From: Hypanus sabinus
Lineage: Eukaryota
Length of the DNA: 64,000 nt
NCBI RefSeq assembly: GCF_030144855.1
Contig: NC_082728.1
Location: 43,090,001 to 43,154,000 of the forward strand
Reading direction: 5' to 3'
The position numbers and the translations under genes are program-made. The notes under the pieces are model-generated. The model worked only from the letters and a program-made list of their open reading frames with translations, searched no databases and had not been told where the DNA came from. Shown here piece by piece: positions 37,360 to 49,190 of this stretch. Position 1 is the stretch's first letter. Each line of letters opens with the position of its first letter.

Positions 37360-38585
37360 CATCCCATTCTCTCAATTCCTCCATCAAAAATGCTATCACC
37401 TTCTCTCAATTCTCCATCTCCATTCCAGAACTAAGGAGATGTCCTCCTTCTTCAAAGTAAGGGGCTTCCCCTCCTCCACCATCAATGCTGCCCTCAACCA
37501 CATCTCTTTCATTTTGCATATGTCTGTCCTCACCCATCCTACCAGAGATAGGGTTCATCTGGTCCTCACCTACCACCCCACAAGTCTCTGCGTCCGGCAC
37601 ATAATTCTCTGTAACTTCCGCCATCTCCAGCAGGGTCCCACCACCAAGTATGTCTTTCCCTCTCCTCCCCCAAATTTCTGCTTTCCACAGGGAATGCTCC
37701 CAACACAACTCCCTTGTCCATTCATTTCTCCCCACTGATCTCCTCCTGTGACTTATCCTTATAAGCAGAACAAGAGCTACACCTGTCTCTCCAGCTCCCC
37801 CTCACTACCACTCAGGACCCTAGGCAGTCCTTCTAGGTGGGACAACCTTCACCTGTGAATCTTTTGGGGTTTTCTACCATATCCGGTGCTCCTGGTGTGG
37901 CCTCCTGTGTATCGGTGAGACCCGACACAAATTAGAAGACTGCTTTCCCGACCACCTGTACTCCCTCCACCAGAAAACGCAGGATCTCCTAGTGGCCTTC
38001 CATTTTAATTCCATTTCCCATTCCCATTCTGACATGACAGTACATGGCCTCCGCTACTGTTGTGATGAGGCCACACTCAGGTTGAAGGAGCAACACCTTA
38101 TATTCCATCTGGGTACCTCCAACCTGATGGCATGAACATCAACTTCTCAAACTTCCTGTAATGACAATCCCCTCACCATTCCCCATTCCATTCCCTCTCG
38201 TGCTTTATCTCCATATCAGACTAAAAAAAACCCATCACTTCCCTTTGGTACTATTGCCCCTTTTCTTTCTTCTATAGCTATCTGTCCTCTCCTATCAGAT
38301 TTCCCCTTCTCCAGTTCTGTATCTCTTTTACCATTTAACTTCCCAGCTCTCTACTTCACCCTTCCTCCACCCTCTTTTTCACCCATCACCTTGTGTTTCT
38401 TCCTTCTCTCCCCCAACTTCTTATTCTGACTCCTCATCAGTTTCTCTCCAGACCTGATGAAGGGTCTAGGCCCAAAAAGTCAATTGTTCTCTTTTCCAGA
38501 GATGCTGTCTGGCCTGCTGAGTTCCTCCGGCATTGTGTGTGTGTGTCATTTGGATTTCCAGTATCTGCAGATTTTCTCTTGTTTG
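37360..38585 (+). mobile_element. Penelope-like element 3' part (RT thumb, GIY-YIG endonuclease, pLTR), decayed
   Basis: ORF pieces read MSSFFKVRGFPSSTINAAL and DRVHLVLTYHP. Nucleotide homology to 62879-63725. A pLTR with 'ctgatgaagggtctaggcccaaaaagtc' is at 38454-38481. Confidence 0.9.
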
Positions 38586-38949
38586 GGAGATTTTTTAAAA
38601 TCTGGTTTGGTTTCTGGTGTAGCCACAGATGACATGGTCAAGAGGTATGACTTCTAGAAGCTGCTGATCAAAACACTGAGAGAAGATCACCATGGACACA
38701 CCGCAATCAGTAGAGTGACACACAACTGGCCCCATGAGGACACTTATGACAGTAGTCAAATGAATCAAAAACCAGAATAGAAATCAGATGTTGCACTTCC
38801 ATACGCTAGTGGCGCCAGACTCAAACATAATACAAAATCAGAGTAACAGTGGCCTATTTGGTCCTTCAATTACCCCTTGCCATTTAATAAGCACATGGTT
38901 CATCTGATTGTAGGCACATTCCCATCCACCTGAGGTTCTTAACAAGAAC

Positions 38950-39187
38950 CTACATCATTTGTTATGTGCCGTGTCGTATGACGTGGGCAATCATGGTCTT
39001 TCCGTGACCGTGATTGCTCTTGGCCAATTTTATCTGCAGGTATGGTTTGCCATTGCCTTCTTCTGGACAGTGTCTTTACAAGAGGGGTGACTCCAGCCTA
39101 CACCTTTCCCGAGGGTGTCCTGCAGATTAGTCGAGGGAAGGAGCACCATACATCACCTTTTATGGAAAGTATCTCCACCATGCTGCC
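38950..39187 (-). mobile_element. SINE with RTE/Bov-B-like tail, nested in an old CR1 fragment (~38830-39490)
   Basis: The minus strand reads 'gaaggcaatggcaaacca' (39043-39060) and ends '...gacacggcacataacaaatgatg'. Confidence 0.6.
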
Positions 39188-39571
39188 CAATGAACTTAAT
39201 TACTTCAGCCCTAAAAAATATTCAAAAATTCAAGACCTGTTCTTTGTCTTAAATGAGAAATCCCTTATTTTTAAACCTTAATGCATAGCTTTAGTTCTCT
39301 TATAATAGAAAACATCCCCCCCCCCCCCCCGCCCCCAGGATCTTAAATGTTGCTGGTAAACCATTTCTCACTCTTCTGAACTCCAGCAAATTCAAGCTAT
39401 TCTTGTTAATTCCAGACAACCTGCCCATCTCAGACATGAGTGTCCCTTATCTGCTGTCAAAACATTTACAACACTCTCTAAATAGAGACTAGTGCAAGAA
39501 TTCAAGAGAGCAAGAACAGGTGTAGGTTACCAGGCCCTTCACCCTGCCTCACTATTCAATATGGCACTGAG

Positions 39572-40295
39572 TCAAAGACGGTGCCAAGCTGCGAGCACTA
39601 TTGAATCGCAGCTCAGGTACCATTGTTTTCAAATTGTATTTAGTTCGTTTATATAAAAATGGTTTTGGAGACTGAAAGGGTGTCGCAGGAGTCAGGCTAG
39701 AGCTTAGGGTTAGGGATGTGGGGGAATTAGAGGCCAGGCTGGAGTCTAAGTGTGTGCTCTGCATTCAAAGGTTGACGTCATGGGCTCAATAAGTCCATGG
39801 CCCGAAGCTGGATATCGGGTCGGCAGAGAGAGGATGAGAGCCTCCCCAGCGGGTTCCAAAGTTGGATTTCCATGCAGACGTGAAGATAGGCTGTGAGAAC
39901 TCCCTGGGTTTGAGAATCAGTGAGACCAGAGTTCAAGACCTAGTATTTTGGGTCTTATCTTTGGTGAATCCAGATTACAAGGCTTAATGTTCAGTAGCCA
40001 GAGAGTCCTTGGATTGTTACCGAAGATAGGGGCTCAAGGGTCAAATCAAAATTCCAGAGGTTGAGGCCGTTGGCCGGAGCCAAATCTGCAGATCTCTGTG
40101 GGTCTGCCGGGGAGGTTGGAACCCAAAGTATGCAGGCCTGAGTCCCTGGAGGTGAGCAGCTGGAGGCCTGTCTTGGAGGTTAAGGACTATACTGTACATG
40201 TGCATAGTTGGGAAGGAGGTACAGGGTTTGTTTTGCTGTTATTGTTTTGTTGCTTGTTGTGTTCTGTGTAGTTTTGCCAACCATTGTGGCAATAT
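39572..40295 (+). mobile_element. GC-richer non-autonomous retroposon (unclassified)
   Basis: Begins 'tcaaagacggtgccaagctgcga..tcgcagctcaggtacc' (a 5' hairpin) and has a T/G-rich 3' part like the other tail-family members. Confidence 0.45.
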
Positions 40296-41304
40296 TCAGC
40301 ACAATACAGTCACAAAACAATATTTGGACAAGTCCCGGATCAGCATGGCCTTAAGATTAATGGTGCATGTGAACTTGACTTGGAGCCATATTTCTGCTTT
40401 TGCATGTTGTGGTCTTTAATTTCACACAGAAATCGGGGGTGAAGTACAACCAAGTTCCTCATTTCATGCTGGGTCAGTCGCAGATGAAAGTAATCTACTT
40501 GATGGTAATCCAGATTGCTTTCCAGGGAGAGCAGTATTGATGGGAGAGATGACCAGAAGGAGCTAGCCTTTTAAATTAGCACAGATTTCACCACTCTCTT
40601 TCACGTAGCTTTCAGTGATAACCTCTGTTGTTGGTCTTGTGCATGAACCAAACTCAGAGCATTTTGTATTATTAATGTCCAACTGGGTCTTGCAATCATA
40701 GGAAGAACGTGTGACAAACAATTGCACCCATTTGTCTGGTTTGCCGTACTACTATTTTTTCTCACACTGCTTCCCTCACCTACCCCCCACCCCTGCCCCC
40801 CGGGTGGCTGTAGCAGGCATCGCCGTGGCACGAGGTCCTAGAAGGCCTGGCCCTTACAATGACCCTGGGCTATGCAGCTCCTCTGCTGTCGGTGGCCTGC
40901 CTGGACAATTCTCTCAAGAGTGACTGGTGAGTGCTAATCATCATTTGGTGATAGACACGCATTTCATCATAAACTGCTGGAGAAGAAAGAAAACCTCCTC
41001 TGAATCTGGGGAGCAAATTGCAGCATTAAATTCTCTACCACATTGTGTACTCCTTAGAACAAACTTGGAGTCATAATATCATTTGGATATCATTTGGAAG
41101 ATGTAAAGTTCCTGGTCACAGGATCTTTCGAACAGATAGTTGCCATGTTTCTTGTTCTACCATTCAGGGAAGTCATCCAAGCTCCTGTCTCACAGACCAA
41201 GGTTTTCACCTTGTTCATTTTACTGAAGAGAAGGAGCTCTCTGAGGTTCAAAGTTCAAATCCCGCAGAACGTCACTGTGGTTTACCAGAACCATCTTGCT
41301 TATA

Positions 41305-42000
41305 GAGTCATAGAATAATACAGAACAAAAACAGGCCTACAGTCCTACTGGTCTATGCTAACCACAGCCTCTTGCCCATAATCCTCCATGAACCAATCCA
41401 AATGCCTCTTTAATTTTACAATTGTACCCAACTTGACCACTTTCTCTGATGGTTCAATGCAGGTACTCATCACTATCTGTGAAAAAGGGTTACTCTTGAG
41501 GTCTCTTTTAAATCTCTTCCCGCTTGCATCTGTGCCATTTAGTATTGGACTCCTCAAACCCATGGAAAAGAGTATGACTGTCTACCTTATCCATACCCCT
41601 CATGATTTTATAAACTTAATTGAGGTCACATCTCATTCTCCTGCAGTCTCAGGTATCTAGATCAAATGTGGGCAACCTCTCCCTGTAACTCCAGTTCAGG
41701 CAGTGTCCTCATTAATCTCTTCTGTGCCCCATAACAAGATGTTTTTCCGATAACAAAATGACAAAAAATTGTACGCAATATTCCAAGTGCCGTCTCAGCA
41801 ATGACTTGTAAAACTGCGATCTAATTTCCCTATCCCTAAACTCAGTGCTCTGACTGATGAAGGTCAGTAAGCGAAGCACCTTCTTCATCAGCCCATCTAC
41901 CTGTGTGGCCACTGTTAGTGAGCTGTGCTCTTATACACTTCACCTTTTGCTTCACAACTCTTGTCAGTGCCCTGCCACTCATTGTACGAGTTTTACTAAG
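41305..42000 (-). mobile_element. CR1 3' fragment
   Basis: ORF 41712-41912 reads QVD..KK..L.FISQSTEFR..YKSLLRRHLEYCVQF. The tail 'agagtcatagaataatacag' is at the left. Confidence 0.85.
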
Positions 42001-43509
42001 TTCTGCCACTTTCCCAGCTTGCTGGAATGGTGAGGAGGTGGGGGCCTCTTCTAGTCCTCCTAATTTCTGCCTAAATGGAGGAGGTAAGGTATATTGTGAT
42101 CTATGGGAAGAATAGGCTGTAATATTCTGACATTTTTATCTCAACCTAATATAAAAAACATAAAAGGTACAATCCATATCCATCAGTTATAGCTTTGGAA
42201 GGTTAAGCACTTTGAATTCCGAATCCTCCAAGCATACTTTGCATATCAAAGGGGAAAAATACATAATTAAATACCACTGCAGAGGTCTGGTTTCAAAGCA
42301 TTGGTTTGGCGCATTGTACGTAACCACAGCTGAAGATGATATCTGCTTGGTGTTCTTTCCAGTCGTGTCTAGCTCATCACTTTCACAACCGGAAGCAATA
42401 AAATATGTGCTGTTTACTTGGAGGAATCGTAGAACCAGATAGAAAATTGTGACATTCCGATGGAAAGAGTTAATTTCACGTAAGTTTGGCTGATTTTAAA
42501 ACTGTGAGCTTCAGATGTACTTGCAGGTGTGCTGTTTGAGGGTTGAAACCTGGCACCAGAGAGACTTGTGCCTGAGGCTACATTCACTTTGCAAGATTGT
42601 CTTTCCTTTGATAAAAATATCCTTAATTATCTCAGGGCAAAGTAGTAGTTCTCTGCCAACACTTCAAAACTATAAGAGATTCTTCCCACTGCTGTGTAAT
42701 TAATATAAAAAAAGGCAGTGACTGCTAATCATAAATTGAAGCTGGACTCTCATTGCATTATAAACTGTTGGAGGAGAGATTGAGGGTCAATTGATGGGTT
42801 AAATTCTCAACCACAACTGGTACTCTTCATAACAAACCTGGTGTCATTTATAACAACGTTATCGTTTGGAAAATGTAAAGTTCATATCAAGTTAAGTTTG
42901 CATTTCAGTATTAATCGTTAGCTGTTAGCAGACGCTAACACAAAGTAGTTGTGATGCAGATTATGAGCTCCTTGGAGATTCTGATTTTATGCAACTGTAG
43001 GAAGCTATTTTAGATAGGAAATAAAGCAAAGGGCTTCCAGCAAAGTTAAATATAAAGGAACAATTTTCTAAGGTTTCCCCAAACTTCCTGTTTTAAATTA
43101 AATTTGTACCATCAACTACACATTGCATTCAGACCTACACAGGCATTTTTAAGGCAGTATTGCCATTCTAATTTAAATCATTCTAAGCCTCTTGGCATAG
43201 TTCCAGGGCACAAAGCAATCGTGAATGAGCTGACCACAGACTCATGTCCTGATAGTGTGATGTGGTTTTGAATAATATTCGTCATTATTTTCGTTCTTGT
43301 GTGAAAGTGCATGCTTTTGTTATTTAAGACCAATCTCAATACCAGCATCTACCAATTACTTTCAAAATGTTATAATGTAAGAAACATGACAGCTCATTCA
43401 TACATCGTATGCCCTTTCAAACAAATGTAAGCATAATCATATAATGAGGATTAAATCAGAACCTGCTTCAATAATAATAATTATAATAATACTTCTTCTG
43501 TAAAAAAAC

Positions 43510-44162
43510 AACTATGGTAAATGATCACCGCAAGCAATGAAGAGGTGAGTGAAGCTGAGGCTGGGTCAAGGGTCAAAGTGGCAGTTACAAGGTGAGGTCA
43601 AGGCACATTCAAGGCAAAGTTGGAGTGGAGGAGAGGCAGATTCAGGGGCCATCCACCTAGCCTGAGAGCGAGGTTTGATTGATCTAAGCACCGGGTCCAT
43701 TTGGAAAGGTCAGGTGTTGGCCAAAACATAGTGGCAGGGTCCAGGTCCAGAGCATATCAAAGTGACAGGACCCGGGTCCAGAGCGAGGAACAACCCGATG
43801 TTTAGTTATTTTAATTGCTGTGCCAGATGATTTGAAAAGGCAGGCTGTCAGACCCAGAGGCAACATTGGGCCAATTCTGCTTTCTGCTCCTCAACGGTTA
43901 ATCCACTCTTCACTGCACTGAGCCCAGTGCTGTGGCCTGCTTCGGCTACTCCAGCTTTCCTGTCTGGGCACTCACTTTTGTTCTAAATGCTACTTTTATT
44001 GCCTGCATGATTTGTTTTTTTACCCCTCTCTGCACATTGGGTGTTTCTCAGTCTATTTTTTATGAGTTCTTTTGGGATTCTTTGTTTAGTGGCTGCCTAT
44101 AAAGAGACAAATCTCAAAGTTGTTTAATGTATACATAGATAAAAATGTACTTTGAACTTTGA
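43510..44162 (+). mobile_element. Non-autonomous retroposon with internal diverged repeats and (ctttgaa)n tail
   Basis: Repeated 'ccagagcgagg' / 'tttggaaaggtcagg' blocks, and the tail 'aatctcaaagttgt...aaatgtactttgaactttga'. Confidence 0.6.
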
Positions 44163-44391
44163 GAAGTGTTTTGCGAGTGTGATGTGCAAATAACCTACAC
44201 CCTTTCGGCAGTGCAGGGAGCATAGAAAATATACATGCTGACCTCATCAACATGGTTTCAATGTGCAGACAGTATTCATCAGTTTACTGGTGGATGTGCA
44301 TTCACTGGGCCTCAGCTGACTGGCAGCTGAAGCTAGGTGGCACCAACTGAAGGCACCCAGTTTGCCTTGAATGGGTTGATCGGGACATGGG

Positions 44392-45333
44392 TTCATAGAG
44401 TTGCAATAGCACAGGAAGATGCCCTTTGTGCTGACCATCAACCATCCACTTGTACAAATTCTACACAAATCCCATTTTACCCTCTCGACATTCTCATCGA
44501 CTCCCCTCACATTCCACTACTCACACAAGAGAGTAATTTGCAATGAACAATTATCAAACCTATTGAACAGGGAGAATGTCGAAACTCCACACAGACAGGA
44601 TTAAACTAGGTTCTCTGGCACTGTGCAGTTGGCTGGGTTGATCACACCCAAAAGGCACAAACCAATTCAAGTATCCAGGGGATGTGGTAATAAGCATACA
44701 AGCACAACAAAAGAACTTAAGCCTAATTTATTATCGTAAACAGAAAGCAGAAATAAACCACACAAAATACTACATAGTAAGTTACAAAGATTTCAGGGCT
44801 CACGATTCTTAGTCTTCACTTGATTTTTGTTGTGTCGGGAGCTCTAAATTCCAACTCATGAAATCACCCAGGGTCCATCCTCAGCACTGATGTTTACGAT
44901 TCCTCCGTCTAGGTGAAGCCCCAAAAACAGAGAGAAAGTTACCTCAGTAAATAGGTGCTCAGTCCTGAAGCATCGTGAGACACACAAAGTCAGACAAGCT
45001 TTTTGGTCTTTAGCTCTCATGCCACTAACTCAGCATGGTTTCTTTAGGAGTTCCACAAGGATTGAAACTCACACAGCGACAGGTAAACTCTTTAGTCTTT
45101 TATTCTCATGCCACTGGTGCCCGAGGCCTCCGGCTGCTATCAGCAAACATTAGACAATCACAAACCTGTAACTTGTACAGACACCTTGGCACCTTGCATG
45201 TCGCAAATTCATGAGGAGTTACAGTGTCACTTGGAATTGTTCAGGTGAAGGTGAAAGTATTCATCTAATACTTTTACAAAATTTAATTCACCACAACACA
45301 TCCTGTGAGGCAATGGCTGTGCCACCGTGCCAC
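44392..45333 (-). mobile_element. tRNA-head SINE split by a ~680-bp insertion (44626-45302)
   Basis: The SINE body stops at 'ggttctctggcactgtg' and resumes at 'ctgtgaggcaatggctgtgccaccgtgccac'. Confidence 0.6.
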
Positions 45334-47659
45334 TCCACCGGAGGATATTGAACTTTTTGTAGTCATTGCACAGCTTCAGGGAACTTGCTGGAAGCCATGG
45401 AGCAAATTTCTGAGTAAGCATTTGGAGGCTGAAGCGCAGTCCTCATTCGGATCGAGGCTGCATATCCTTGTCCAGCTCAATGAATCCCAAGCTGGAGGGT
45501 GCGACTCCCTCTGTTTGGAGTGCCCTTGAAAAGATTGAGAATTTAAAGATATTGAGGGAATTTAGTCAGATATTTCATAAAATATTTGAAGTATGCTAAA
45601 CACATTAGCTGCCTTGGCTGTGAGGCTTTGCAAAGCCCTAAGAGACCCAGTTTCCAAAAACAAGATGTTATGGTGATATCCTGTGCTCAGTTGGAGAGGC
45701 AGTGAATATTTTTCTTACATTTCCATTTGATAAAGTCAGAAGCTACTGGTCCTCGTAAACCACGAGTAGGTGGCAAACATGGTCAAAGCTAGGAATGTAG
45801 ACCATGGAAAGTTCATTGGCTTCATATGAATAAATAAGGTTGTGGAGGCAATTGTAGATCCTCACTCCCAGATATAATACCACCAGCCTCATATGTTGCC
45901 ATCATAATGAACTCAGCTATTAACATTCAGCACTGGAACTTTCATTCACGTGGCCTCAAACACATACCACCAGCTGCACTTCAGAATCATTGCAAGAACT
46001 CACTCAATAGCCCTCTTCATCCTCACTGGTATCAACAAAACTAAATAGCCGGTATTTACTCCTAACTTGTCACTTTGGAGCTCAGTGTTAACTGGCAGGG
46101 CAGGGACCGAAGCAACTGCATGGGAACCATTAAAGTTGATTCTCTCCTAAGAATCTAATCCATCCTAGTTCACCCCCATCTCAGAATCTCTGTAGTGTTA
46201 GAAGCTGTACCTCTGATCCCTCTCCCTACACTTCTCCACGGAGCCTGTTTGTCCTGTGGATGCATTGCAGTGCCCAAGTGAAAACACTACATTGACCACT
46301 GGCTGTAGTGCGTCAGGTTGGAGTAATATTACATCATGGTTAAGTTATTGAACAGGCATACAGAGGCACAAACTGTATGCCTGAATACATGAGCTGAAAT
46401 CACAATAGTAATTAAACAAACTTTCTGACTGAAAATCTAGCCTCCGAAAGAAGACCAGATCCTATTAGGTTTAAAAAAACTTCATTCAGTGAAGGAAAAC
46501 AATGTGTTATTATTTATTCCCCTTTTTGTATTTGCACATTTTGTTGTCTTTTTCAGGTTGCTTGTTTGTCTGTCTCATTGTCTGTGATTTTTTCATTGAT
46601 TCTATTGCGCTTCTTTGTGAATGCTCACAAGAAAACGAATCTCACAGTAGTGTATGGTGACACATACATACTTCTGAATAAGCCCAGTTCACAGATAAAA
46701 ATTGTCATCAGTGACAACTGCATCCCACATAGACATACAATGTTCAATACTGCTCAGAAACTATCCACAAATTGACCAGATTCAAGCAGATGAGAACTGC
46801 CCGCTCCTCCCAAAAAGAAAAGCACTATGTTCATCAGAATATATTTCATTTTTGAACCAACTGAAGTCAGAGTGCAGACATGAACAAAATAAGCTTGCCA
46901 AAAGCAATTTATCCCAACCACAATGAGTGACAGAAACAGAGCAGAACTTGCATATGGTGAGGTTCAGAAACAAATAAATCCTCTCCTGCTTTTTGTTGTG
47001 ACATCAAGTTTAAGTTTATATACAGTATAGTATCATCCAATTTATTTAACATACAAATAATTTCAAAAAAGATGTATGGGGTGTAAATCATTAAACTTAT
47101 TGATAAGCTTAATGAAATATCAGTGAGATTAGGCTGAGTATGTGCTCTTTATTTTATAATTTTTAACGGAAAGTGTAAAGCTTTCAATGTGAAGTATTGC
47201 ATGTCGACAGAAATCTGGTAGAAAGTTAACCCTAAATTTCTTAAACCTTGATTTGACTTTATAAACACACGTAGTATTCTGCAAGTTGTATTCCAAAGAT
47301 TCACCATAATATCAGAGAAGAAATTCCTCATCTCCAATGGGCAATCTCTTATCTGGAAACAATACTCCCTATTTCTTGATTCCTGCACTTGGGAAAATTT
47401 CCTCACATCATCAGCCTAACAAGTCTTTCACAAGCTGCAACTTCCTTCTAAACTTCTAATGGAATAAACCTAATGTACTCAATCGTTCTTCAAAAGAGAA
47501 ATCAGCAGTTATTCTAGAGAGCGTTCTCTACACCACCTCTTAGGCATGTATATCTCTTTAAGTAACAGGAATAAACCTGTAGTACTCTAGATATGGCTTG
47601 TTCTCTATTTTGTTTCTCACACAAATTTCCACGGTCCCAGTACACATTCTGTAAAATCA

Positions 47660-48463
47660 GGAAAACTCATCAAGGCCTCAACTTTCTGAGGAAGCTGAAG
47701 AGAGCTGACTATGCATATTGATACTCATGTCATTCTACAGATGTGCAGTCGAGAGCAACCTAACAAGTTCTATCGCTGTGTGGAGTGGAAGTTGCGCAGG
47801 AAGGACGCAGGAAGTGTGCAGGAAGGCTCTGCAACTGAGAGTCAAAGCTGCCCAACACATCACTGGCACCAGACTAACTTGCCATCAAGGACATACTGTA
47901 TACAGAAATGTGCCAGAAGAGGGCCAGTAACATCATGAAGGATCTCAACCTTCATGGACTGTCGCACTCCCATCGGGGAGGTTACATAGCAGCCACGCTA
48001 GGACTAGCAGACTCAAAAACAGTTACTTTCCCCAAGTAGTAAGGCTGATGAACACCTCCACCCACTAACCCACCCCTCCACACACCCAACTCCCATTTCC
48101 TCTTTACCATTTCCTCTCAATCGCCTTATGTACAGACACTCCTGTGCCTAGCATCTCTTTATGGTCATTTAATAAATCGATGTACATAAGCTGCCTTTGA
48201 AAGGTCTCAGCCTGAAATGCTGATTGTTTATTCATTTTCATAAATGCCGCCTAACTTTCTGAGTTCCTCCAGCGTTTTGTTTGTCTAGATCTTGTGTTTA
48301 TGTATATAAGCTATCTTATGTATTTATATTCATTGTGTCTTTGTTAATTGTTGTTTTCTTTATCTTATCGTCTTTTGTGCTGCATCGAAGGTGGAGAAAC
48401 AATTATTTTGTTCTCCTTTACACTTGTGTAACTGAAATGACATTAAATAAACTTGAATGTTAA
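47660..48463 (+). mobile_element. Rex1/Babar-type LINE 3' part
   Basis: ORF 47718-47930 reads ILMSFYRCAVESNLTSSIAVWSGSC..RKALQ. Also NSYFPQVVRLMN and the tail 'aataaacttgaatgttaaa'. Confidence 0.85.
48193..48299 (+). mobile_element. pLTR-derived mini-insertion in the Rex LINE 3' UTR
   Basis: Reads 'tgaaaggtctcagcctgaaatgctgattg...ctgagttcctccagcgtttt'. 13-bp TSD atgtacataagct / atgtatataagct (48180-48192 / 48300-48312, one mismatch). Confidence 0.75.
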
Positions 48464-48825
48464 ATATTGAACCATATTTCACACTACAGTATTATGCATC
48501 TGGAATAGTAGATAACAACGTGTTCCTCATCCTCTTCACCATCATCTTTCTCCTCCCATGCCATCTGAATCTGCAATAATGGCCTACCTCCAGGACATCC
48601 TTTCAGCCCTCCAGGTGCCACATTGTTCATTCTTTCTTGACTTTGACATCCTATTTTTGCTGAAGAATAGCTTGGCCTTGGAACGGGGGCATGGCAAGTC
48701 GTCCAGAATGATATCTGGGTTAAAGAATGAGGAGAAAATTTCAGAAACCAGGGCTCACTCCATTCATTGGAAGGCTATGAAGACATTAAGGAGCTGTGCT
48801 CTGTTCTTATCTCTATTGTTGTTGT

Positions 48826-49190
48826 GAATCGGAATCAGAATCAGGTTTAATATCACCCCATGTGGCGTGAAATTTCTTATTATGCTGCAGCAGTACATTG
48901 CAATACTTAATAATAAAAACTGTAAATTACTGTAAGAAGTGTGTTTAAAAAGTTAAATCAAATAAGTGGTGCGAAAAGAGAAAAAATAGGTAGTGAGCTA
49001 GTGTTCATAGGTTCAATTTCCATTGAGAAATCAGATGACAGAGGAGAAGCTGTTCCTGAATAGTTGAGTGTGTGTCTTCAGATTCCTGTAGCTCCTCCTT
49101 GATGGTAGCTATGAGGACAAAGCATGTCCTGAGTGATGAGAGTCCTTAATGAAGGATGCTGCCTTTTTGAGGCATCACTCCTTGATGAAT
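48826..49190 (-). mobile_element. Rex1/Babar-type LINE 3' UTR fragment
   Basis: Has an 'aatcggaatcagaatcagg' tail and is homologous to 18315-18700. Confidence 0.8.

Noticed and set aside
38454-38481. Active hammerhead in the 37360-38585 Penelope
   Set aside because: GAAAC has mutated to AAAAA, so the catalytic core is lost.
42187-42496. ~100-codon stop-free minus frame and a + strand donor 'cac|gtaagt' at 42480
   Set aside because: No recognisable domain or early start codon, and the candidate + strand exon has stops in all frames.
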